NCBI GenBank assembly: GCA_951406725.2
Contig: OX597819.1
Coordinates: forward strand, 37,944,001-38,008,000
Direction: 5' to 3'
Source: Octopus vulgaris
Lineage: Eukaryota
Length of the DNA: 64,000 nt
Shown here: positions 39,291-49,370 of the stretch, piece by piece
Layout: every line of letters starts with the position of its first letter
How positions within the stretch are numbered: position 1 is the stretch's first letter
Translations under genes and position numbers: made by a program
The notes under the pieces: generated by a model
Told to the model about the DNA's origin: nothing
What the model saw: the letters and a program-made list of their open reading frames with translations, nothing else
Databases searched by the model: none

Positions 39291-40222
39291 TTGTTTTTAT
39301 GTATCTATCTGTTGTTATTTATCTATCTAACTATTGTATCTAATTTCTCCTCTATTAATTCTGCCCGACCAAGTCTCGCTCTATCATCTATTTTCAACCC
39401 TCGCGTATTTGTCTATCGATCTCCGCCATCTTTGAAGCCTGTTCCCTTAATACACTTCCGCCTTGTCCAAAAATTCCTGTTCCGGTCAATTTCTTTACTT
39501 AAGGCAGCAACATGTGCTCTCTCATTCATTCACCTAGCAGCTATAATCTCGAGCACAGCTAAGTTTGAATGCTTATTTTATTTTCACTTCACTTCTCGAC
39601 CAATCATACATGTTTTTCTATCTGTTGTTATTTATCTATCTAACTATTGTATCTAATTTCTCCTCTATTAATTCTGCCCGACCAAGTCTCGCTCTATCAT
39701 CTATTTTCAACCTTCGCGTATTCGCGGTTGCACCCACCCTGCCCACCCCCACCACCAATACCGGATATCTCTATATTTTTGCTCCATCTATACCGGATGT
39801 TGTTTCTCCCACCACCATTATAGGTGTCTACTCTTCGAACCCCCCCTCCTCAATACGCTATTTCACCATGCATTACCCTCTTGATATCCTACGTTCTACT
39901 TGCCTAAGAACCTGTCATCATTTCTCTGAACCACCCCTCCCCGCTGGTGCTCCCCTATATTTCTGCCCCCCCCCACATAAAAAGCACCATCCGAACGTGG
40001 CCGATGCCAGACCCCTCTGGCACCTGTGCAGGTGGCACGTAAAAAACACCCACTACACTCGCGGAGTGGTTGGCGTTAGGAAGGGCATTCAGCTGTAGAA
40101 ACACTGCCAGACTAGACTGGAGCCTGGGGCAGTCCCTAGCTCCCCAGACCCCGGTCGAAACCGTCCAACCCGTGCTAGCGCGGAAAACGGACGTTAAACG
40201 ATGATGATGATGATGATGATGA
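39291..40222 (+). mobile_element. Insertion into a SINE: ~680 bp non-coding segment plus young RTE 3' end
   Basis: Host SINE head 39131-39290 resumes at 40223; RTE 3' UTR 39976-40222 with (GAT)n; internal ~120 bp direct duplication (39305-39420 and 39616-39722). Confidence 0.65.
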
Positions 40223-40878
40223 TATGTTTGTGTTTATGTGTGTCTGTGTTTCTCCACTCATCATTGCTGATGCTGGTGTGTTTATGTCCCTGTAACTTAG
40301 CGGTTCAACAAAACAGACCAATAGAATAAGTACTAGGCTTACAAAGAATAAGTCCTGAGGTTGATTTCTTTGACTAAAACCCTTTAAAGTGGTGCTCCAG
40401 CATGGTCGTAGTCAAATGACTGAAACTGTATACATACACTTGCACAACAGGCTTCCTTCAGTTTCTATTCTCCAAATCCACCTAAAAAGCTCTGGTTGTC
40501 CAGGGGTTACTGTAGTAGACACTTGCTGACAGTATCATACATAAAACCCAATCATGTGGTTTCTCAGCCTCACGGCTGTACCTGCACTTTATATATATAT
40601 ATATATGCCAACACACACAAGTGACCTCCTTCGGCTTCTCTCCACCAAGGGTCACTCATTGCATGCACGCACATGTGTGTGTGTGTGTGTGTGTTTTAAG
40701 TTACTTTCATAACTCTTCTTACAATATGGTATTTTTCATTTCAACAGACAGTCTCAGATGAAGTCACTTGCCAAACATCTACAACTCTGAACTGTCACCA
40801 TTAAATTAATACACTGGCTATATCTGTTGGCAATAACTTTAATATAGTATATAACATTATGGTTCCTTTTTATTCTAG

Positions 40879-40922
40879 AACTGTTGCAGATGATGCGGAA
40901 AATGACAGAATTCATGGTGGAG
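40879..40922 (+). CDS. Coiled-coil protein gene, exon J (LLQMMRKMTEFMVE)
   Basis: cctttttattctag acceptor, GAG|GTAGGT donor, phase 1 in (g+aa = Glu) and 0 out. Confidence 0.78.
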
Positions 40923-41214
40923 GTAGGTTTTTAGAAATTCTCCCATATTTGGAAATAAAACTGATATAAGAGAAGAATTATATTTTGGATATAAATAATA
41001 TTTTGAAAAGTATACTTTACAAAGCAAAAGCAAAAGCCAAAATAAGAACATATCTCTATTGAGTAAAAAGGTACAATGCCAACTTTCCAAATACTGATGG
41101 TCTCTGGAACCTCTTATAATCTACACTAATTTACAAGCAGGAACTCCAAATTCCTGTGACAGCCATGCTAGTTTACTTGGTATCTTGCAGTGTGCTATAT
41201 TAATATAAACGAGT

Positions 41215-41342
41215 ATCATCATCATCATCATCATCGTCGTCATGTAATGTCCTCCTTCCATGGGTTGGACAGTTTGACTGGAGCTGGCCTGGTAGGATCC
41301 TGTGCCATGCTTCTGAGTCTGTTTTGGCATGGTTTTTATGGC
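41215..41342 (-). mobile_element. 3' terminus of an RTE-type LINE fused to the U6 copy
   Basis: accatgccaaaacagact...gtcaaactgtccaacccatgg...(GAT)n tail; same 3' end as the RTE at 13130-15265. Confidence 0.85.
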
Positions 41343-41448
41343 AAGAAATATGGAACTCTTCACAAATTTGCATGTCATCCTTGTGCAGGGTCATGCTAAT
41401 CTTCTCTGTATTGTTCCAATCTTAGTATATGTGTAGCCAGAGCAATAC
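41343..41448 (-). pseudogene. U6: Full-length U6 snRNA retropseudogene
   Basis: Minus strand reads GTATTGCTCTGGCTACACATATACTAAGATTGGAACAATACAGAGAAGATTAGCATGACCCTGCACAAGGATGACATGCAAATTTGTGAAGAGTTCCATATTTCTT. It is collinear with metazoan U6 including the ACAGAGA box; many differences are at CpG sites. Confidence 0.95.
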
Positions 41449-41655
41449 GTTTATACTAATGTACAAGTAGGTACCTGTATTTCATTTAATCATTTAAGTA
41501 AATTTCATATTTAATTCAGAGTGTGACCAGCTCTGGTTCAGAAAAGTCAGTAATCTGGAATGGTTTCAGTACCAAAGATACCAGGAAATCCATGTTGTAT
41601 CTATACTGGAGAAGGAAATGCTGTTGAAAATTAACACCAATTATAGTAATTACAT

Positions 41656-41913
41656 GTGGAGGTGTGTGGCTTAGTGGTTAGGGTGTCAGAATCATGATTG
41701 TAAGATTGTGGTTTCAATTCCTGGACTGGGCAACACATTGTGTTCTTGAGCAAAGCACTTCATTTCACATTGCTCCAGTCCACTCAGCTGGCAAAAATGA
41801 GTAATGCTGCAATGGACTGGCATCCCATCCAGCTGGGGAACACATACGCCATAGAAACTGGGAAACCGGGCCCATGAGCCTGGCTAGGCTTTAAAAGGGC
41901 GCATTTATTTATT
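41656..41913 (+). mobile_element. tRNA-derived SINE with 16 bp TSD
   Basis: TSD ATTATAGTAATTACAT at 41640-41655 and 41914-41929; (ATTT)n tail. Confidence 0.85.
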
Positions 41914-42374
41914 ATTATAGTAATTACATAGGTTTTCAAAGGTAGTGAACTGACTGGCAGAATCTTTAGATCATTGAACTAAATATGTTGTGGTATTTTC
42001 TCCAACATTTTACTTCTAAGTTCAAATTCTGCCAAGGTCAATTTTGTCTTTCATTCCCTCAGGAGCCAATCAATAAAATACCAATAAAATATTAGAAGGC
42101 AGGTATTGATTTAAATGACTATCCCTTTCTCCAAATTTCTGGCTCTCTGTTGTGTTAGAAATTAAGGGCAGTGGATTAGCAGTGTTGTTAGAGCATTGGA
42201 CAAAAATATCTTGTAGTAGCTGTTCTTACTTTTGTCTTGTGGTATTTGTTCTGAGTTCAAACCTCAATGAAGCCACCTTCATTTTTCAGCCAGCTGTATT
42301 TGCTAAAACACTAAGAATAGGCAAATATTCTGTTAAGCTACCTAATTGTATTTGTTTTTTAACGTTAATTTTAG

Positions 42375-42539
42375 TCAACTCAGCATAGAGAACTGAACAC
42401 AGAAGAACATTTGGAAAACATATCAGAAACAATGGCTTCTTGTGGCAAAACCATGAGTTATATTTATGAAAAAATTTATGGTTGGTTGCAAAGATTTGAA
42501 GACAGTTTTGGAGAAATTGAAAAAATAAAGGAATCTTGA
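42375..42539 (+). CDS. Coiled-coil protein gene, probable last coding exon K (STQHRELNTEEHLENISETMASCGKTMSYIYEKIYGWLQRFEDSFGEIEKIKES*)
   Basis: TTTTAG acceptor, phase 0, open to TGA at 42537-42539; possible internal donor G|GTTGGT at 42480/42481. Confidence 0.72.
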   Translation, partial: STQHRELNTEEHLENISETMASCGKTMSYIYEKIYGWLQRFEDSFGEIEKIKES

Positions 42540-42801
42540 ATTCTTCATTGAGATTTTTTTCTTTTTTAACATTCTAAAAACAACTGTTTTATATATATTC
42601 TTTTATTTGTTTCAGTCATTTGATTGTGGCCATTCCGGAGCATTGCCTGTAGTTGAGCAAATCGGCCCCAGAACCTATTCTTTGTAAGCCTAGTTCTTAT
42701 TCTATCAGTCTCTTTTGCCGAACCACTTAGATATGGGGATGTAAACACACCAGCATCGGTTATCAGGCAATGCTGGTGGGGATAAACACACACAAACATA
42801 T

Positions 42802-42874
<73 letters not shown>

Positions 42875-43148
42875 TATGTATATATATATACATATATATA
42901 TTCATTCAACTAAAAAAACTCTTCAAGACAGAGCCCCAGCATGGCCACAGTCTAATGACTGAAACAAGTAAAAGATAGAAGTGTGTAAATATATATATAT
43001 CTATATTTATATATATATATATATATATGTAGCAGAGCTACATAATACATATCCAAAGCCTTGCAAGTGGATTTGGTAGATGGAAACTGAAAGAAAGCCT
43101 TCATATACACACACACACATACACACATATATATATATATATATATAC

Positions 43149-43197
<49 letters not shown>

Positions 43198-43257
43198 TGT
43201 GTAAATGAAAGCCTTCTTTCAGTTTCCATCTACCAAATTCACTTCCATATATATATG

Positions 43258-43315
<58 letters not shown>

Positions 43316-43638
43316 GTGTGTGTGTATATATGAAGGCCTTCTTTCAGTTTCCATCTACCAAATCCACTTGCAAGGCTTTGGATATGTATTATGTAGCTCT
43401 GCTACATATATATATATATATATATAGTCAAAAATTGTGAAGCATGACTGTCAACACTACTACATGAACCCGAAGATTGCAGAATTCAATGCATGAAAGT
43501 ACTAGTTCAATCAGAATGAACATTTAACATTCTACTATTTCATTTTATTTTATTCAATTATAATATATTATCTTATAATATATCATTATAAGATTGTAAA
43601 TAAAACGTGAAAATCAGACAAGGTTGGAATTCCTTTTA

Positions 43639-43676
<38 letters not shown>

Positions 43677-43886
43677 CACACTTCTATCTTTTACTTGTTT
43701 CAGTCATTTGACTGCGGCCATGCTGGAGCACCGCCTTTAGTCGAGCAAATCGACACTGGGACTTATTCTTTGTAAGCTCAGTACTTATTCTATCGGTCTC
43801 TTTTGCTGAACCGCTAAGTGACAGAGATATAAACACACCAGCATCGGTTGTCAAGCAATGCTAGGGGGACAAACACAGACACTCAA

Positions 43887-43945
<59 letters not shown>

Positions 43946-44384
43946 TACGCAGACTTCTTTCAGATTCCGTCTACCAAATCCACTCACAAGGCATTGGTCG
44001 GCCTGGGGCTATAGCAGAAGACACTTGCCCAAGATGCCACGCAGTGGGACTGAACCCGGAACCATGTGATTGGTTAACAAGCTACTTACCACACAGCCAC
44101 TCCTGCGCCATGGTTCATATTTTTCATGTAAATCCTGGTATTTATTCTATTGGTCTCTTTAGGTATGTAAACACACCAACAACAGTTGTCAAGCAGTGGT
44201 GGGGACAACCACAGACAAAAATTCACCCCACCCCACACACACATACACACACAACAGGCTTCTTTCAGTTTCTGTCAACCAAGTTCACTCTCAGTGTGAG
44301 GCCAAAACAATGGAAGTTATTAAAAATGAATAATACAGGTTGATAGTTAGTATTTATTTTTTTCCTGTTATTTCAATATTTCAG

Positions 44385-44746
44385 GATTAGAACACCTTCT
44401 TCTGGAAATCTTTGGAGACAAAGGATTTTTAGCTGACATCTCTGTTCTGTTGTGTGTGTATGAAGGCTTGCTTTGCAATGCTATAATAACCAAACAATTG
44501 CATGCAGTTCGAATCTTTTGTCAACATGTACTTGTTAATGAAAATATGTTCTTTTATCCTCAAGTTCCCAATGTTTATTTCTGTAGCTTCAGTGGCTATT
44601 TGGATATCTTGAGTGCGGTATTTCTGCTTTTGACAGATCAAGTATTATGTCTGCAGTCATACATGCTGTATAAAATCATGTTTATCAGATGTAATGAATT
44701 CTATATTGGAAGTATTGAAATACCAAGTAAAAGTACTAACCATTGA
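44385..44746 (+). CDS. Possible alternative terminal exon of the coiled-coil gene
   Basis: Strong acceptor tttcaatatttcag; frame fits a phase-1 donor at 42480 and track ORF 44450-44746; AATAAA at 44800. The hydrophobic peptide is unlike the rest of the protein. Confidence 0.35.
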
Positions 44747-44852
44747 CATGTATTTTTAATACACTGTATTATTTTGGTTTAAAAAAAAGTGAAAAAACAA
44801 ATAAAAGACTTATTTAACAGACAATGCTTCAAGAAAACTATACGACTTTTCA

Positions 44853-44891
<39 letters not shown>

Positions 44892-44946
44892 TTACCTATC
44901 TATCAGTCTATCTATATTTATTTATCAATCATTATCTATCTATCTA

Positions 44947-45333
44947 TCTCTCTGCCCTAAGGCATTTTTCTAACACGCCAGCTCAAAGTTTACTTGTCCT
45001 GTCAAAAGACGTCTGTCTGTGACGTCCTGTTTTTGTTATTATTATTATTATCATAATTGTTTTTATGTATTTTTGTATTCTTATTCGTGTAACATCGTCC
45101 GTTTTTCTGTCCTTGTTTTGTATACATTCGAGGTTTTCTTCCAAGGAATCTAATGTGCTTGACTTAGATTTTCTTTTGGGGCTGGCCAGATCAGAGCAAT
45201 CTCAAGATTAATCAGCCGAAATTGCGAGGATGATCCAGTTCTTGACTGAAGATTGAAGGCTTCGAATGTCCCGTCCGTGTTTTTTGTATTGCCTTCTAAA
45301 TGTTTTGCGTTCTTGTCCCAGTTTGTATTTTTT

Positions 45334-45367
<34 letters not shown>

Positions 45368-46034
45368 GCAGCGCCCATACCCCTTTGGTCTTATATGTAA
45401 GTACATATTTCTTTAAACTTGGTACGTCTCTATAACACTGTCTCTCTCCTACATTTCTCTGCCTTTCACACTTTGCACTCCACTTTGATCTGTCGCTTTC
45501 TCGCTCTCTCTCTCTTCTCCTCCTCCTTTGTTCCTTGATCCCCTTTTTCCTCTGTCCCTCTTTTCCTCTCACTTCTCCTCACACATGACTGACTGACCGA
45601 TTGCCAGCTTTTCGTGCTTAGCAGTCGTTGCGGCAAGACACATTTTTTTCTCTCTCTGCCCTAAGGCATTTTTCTAACACGCCAGCTCAAAGTTTACTTG
45701 TCCTGTCGAAAGATGCCTGTCTGTGATGTCCTGTTTTTGTTATTATTATTATCATTATCGTTTTTATGTATTTTTGTATTCTTAGTGTAACATCATCCGT
45801 TTTTCTGTCCTTGTTTTGTATACATTCGAGGTTTTCTTCCAAGGAATCTAATGCGCTTGGCTTAGATTTTCCTTTGGGGCTGGCCAGATCGGAGCAATCT
45901 CAAGATTAATCAGCCAAAATTGCGAGGATGATCCGGTTCTTGACTGAAGATTGAAGGCTTCGAATGTCCCGTCCATGTTTTTTGTATCGTCTTCTAAATG
46001 TTTTGCGTTCTTGTCTCAGTTTGTATTTTTTTAC

Positions 46035-46067
<33 letters not shown>

Positions 46068-46100
46068 TATAGCGGCGCCTGTACCCCTTTGGTCTTATAT
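44947..46100 (+). repeat. Partial tandem duplication of a ~450 bp repeat (Penelope pLTR-like arrangement)
   Basis: Near-identical copies at 44947-45397 and 45652-46100, bounded by (TA)n; a similar partial-tandem pair lies at 16620-16770 and 17266-17410. Confidence 0.7.
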
Positions 46101-46260
46101 ATATATATATACGTTATTATTATTCTTTTTTTTGCAATTTACTTAATCTTTGACATTTTATTGTTATTTTAATATTAATATTTCTATTATATGTAATTTT
46201 CTAGATGGTGTAATTTAATTGTTCATTTTGAATTGATAAAAGGTGGTTTTTTTTCTAATG

Positions 46261-46308
<48 letters not shown>

Positions 46309-46491
46309 CACACATCTCTCTGGTAAGAGAGATTCTTGTTGCAAGGAAAACTATAAAATGATGACACTGTTATTCAAATTTTATTGAACAGACTATGTAC
46401 TAGTTCTTTATTCTTTAGTATAGTCAATGGCATCAAAAACTTACAGCATGGACTACTGATATAATACTTTACGAATATATACAAACTACTT

Positions 46492-47120
46492 CACTTTGTT
46501 ACAGGAGATATGATGAAAAACCTTTATTACTGTTGACCGTATAAAAGAGATAAAATAATTAATACAATAGTGAGAATAAAAACAAAAACACTACACAGAC
46601 CCTTACACACATATGCACACTCATAAATACATACACACATATATATACACCTACACACAAACACACACACTCACATATTGCCCTTTAGTGGTCACTCATC
46701 CCGCTATAAATAAAAGCCAAGTCTTGCTCAAATTTCATCCTGTCTTAAGAAATAATCCAAATTTCATCCTGCCATCTTAAGAAATAATCCTTTCTGTTAT
46801 ATGCACAAGGCCTGAAATTTGCACTTTGTTACAGGAGATATGATGAAAAACCTTTATTACTGTTGACCATATAAAAGAGATAAAATAATTAATACAATAG
46901 TGAGAATAAAAACAAAAACACTACACAGACCCTTACACACACATGCACACTCATAAATACATACACACATATATATACACCTACACACAAACACACACAC
47001 TCACATATTGCCCCTTAGTGGTCACTCATCCCGCTATAAATAAAAGCCAAGTCTTGCTCAAATTTCATCCTGCCATCTTAAGAAATAATCCTTTCTGTTA
47101 TATGCACAAGGCCTGAAATT
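46492..47120 (+). repeat. Near-perfect ~300-330 bp tandem duplication
   Basis: cactttgttacaggagatatgatg...gcacaaggcctgaaattt at 46492-46820 and 46822-47120. Confidence 0.9.
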
Positions 47121-47750
47121 TGGGGGAGGGGGATAGTTGATTACATTGGCCCCAGTACTCAACTGGTACTTAATTTATCGACCTCAAAAGGATGAAAGGG
47201 ACTCAGAACATAGCGATGGATGAAATACTACTAAGCATTCCATCCAGTGTGCTAACAATTCTGCCAGTTCACCGCCTGGTTAGTACATCTTAAGAAATGA
47301 TGTTGTACAGAACATACTATGCTTGAAAGAGTTGGGGGTGATCACTGTTGAGTTGCTCTCGATAGTCAGACTGTTTGGTCAGGGCCAACTTGGAATTAAA
47401 CAACTATAATGACATAGATACTCACACATACACACATGCATGTGTGCAACCAGACACACACACATGCACACACCCACATACACACACAAATGCTTATGAA
47501 CAACTATAAAGAGAGCCCCTGTATGTAACTTCAAGAACTGCTAGAAATAGCTGACAAAATTGCTCAAATTACATTTTGCTGTCTTAAGAATAAAAGGACG
47601 TCAGATAATGTTGAGCAAGACAGACTATTCATGAGATAATTCTTGGGATAATTGTAGCTGGATTACCTTAGATCATAAATCTGCTCAGACAGGACTAACT
47701 TGAAACTGAACAACAATATCTATACACACACATATATGTATATAAACATA

Positions 47751-49003
47751 CAGGGGTTGGACAAAATAATGGAAATAGCTTAAAATTTCAAACAAATTAA
47801 TTTTAATATGGGGTAGAACCGCCTTTGGCTTGAATTCTATGAGGTATGGACTCATACAAAATTTGAATTGTTTCCAAAGGAATTTTTGTCCATTCTTCAG
47901 CTAAAACAGTCTCCAGTTCTTGTAGTGATGATGGTGGAGGATATCAACTCCTTACTTGTTTTTCTAAAATGCACCATAAATGATCGATAATATTGAGATC
48001 TGGGGACTGTGGTGGCCAGATAAAATGTTCAACTTCATTAAAATGTTCCTCATGCCATTCAGTAACAACTTTAGCTGTGTGAACTGGTGCATTATCATCC
48101 TGTAATATATTTCCCTCCAGAAGCAGTTTCTCAACCATAGGATGAATTTGATCAGATAAAAGGCTTAAATAGTCTATTAATTCTGCCATGAAGGAAAACC
48201 ATTGGGCGGGTGGATTTCCAAGATATAGCCCCCCCCCCCCCCCAATCATCATAGATCCTCCTCCATGTTTAACAGTTGGAAGAAGGCAGTCTGGGTCAAA
48301 TGTTTCTTTTGGCTGTCTCCATATGTATACTCAGCTGGCGGTTGGAAATAAGGTAAAGAATGACTAGTCTGAGAAAATAACAATCTTCCACTGCTCTAGG
48401 GACCAATTCTGTAAGTTTTTACTCCACTTTAAACACTTTGCAATATTTGTTTTTGAAAATAGTGGGTTTCTAATTGCAGCCCTCTTGTGAAATATGGCTT
48501 TGTGCAGCTCCCAGCAAACAGCTTTTGTGGAAACTGGGTTCTCAAGGTTGTCATTAAGCTCTGTAGAAATTTTGGGAGCTGTACTTTTGTGATCCTTTCT
48601 AACAATTCACGTAAGAGTCCAACGGTCCCTATCTGAAAGTTTTGGTTTTCTTCCAGAGTTTTGTTTCAATGAGGAGATTTTTCCCTCTTTCTCAAAGGCT
48701 GTCTTTACTTTCAAGTCAGTACTTCTTAATACACACAACATTTCAGCTGTTTCCGTTACGCTAGTGCCTGCCATATGAATACCAACAATTTGACCTCTCT
48801 GAAAGTCTGATAGATCAGTCATTTTAATTAATTTTAATTACCCTTTCTGATGATATCTGAAAAGAAACAGCAATTTTAGCAAAACATATTAAGCAACACT
48901 AATAATAAATAAAAAAAACATAGATATAAACAAGCTTTTTACGGTTTTATATATATTTCAAAATTATGATGCCAGGTGTTTCCATTATTTTCTCCAACCC
49001 CTG
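47751..49003 (-). mobile_element. Tc1-like transposon, near full length, decayed
   Basis: TIRs CAGGGGTTGG(A/G)..AAATAATGGAAA with TA flanks; MTDLSDFQRGQIVG, LQDDNAPVH and WPPQSPDLNIIDHLW. Confidence 0.93.
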
Positions 49004-49089
49004 TATGTATGAATGTATGTATGTATGTATGTGTGTGTGTGTGTGCATGTGTGTATGTATGTATGTATGTATGTATGTATGTATGTATC

Positions 49090-49299
49090 TCCCCATCGAA
49101 ACAAAACTCTGGAAGAAAACCCAAACTTTCAGATAGGGACCGTTGAACTCTTACGCGAATTGTTAGAAAGGATCACGAAAGTACAGCTCCCAAAATTCCT
49201 GCAGAGCTTTTCCACAAAAACTGTTTGCTGGGAGCTGCACAAACCCATATTTCACAAGAGGGCTGCAGTTAAAAAACCCACTATTTTCAAAAACAAATA

Positions 49300-49300
<1 letters not shown>
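49090..49300 (+). repeat. Inverted internal fragment of the adjacent Tc1 element
   Basis: Reverse complement of about 48443-48677 with a short deletion, flanked by microsatellites. Confidence 0.85.

Positions 49301-49370
<70 letters not shown>

Noticed and set aside
41343-41448. Functional U6 gene
   Set aside because: Multiple CpG-type substitutions, a disturbed 5' stem, an interrupted T-tract terminator and direct fusion to a LINE tail indicate a retrocopy.
45245-45272. CTGAAGA...TTCGAA as another hammerhead (also 45944)
   Set aside because: No GAAA core and no convincing stem I or III.
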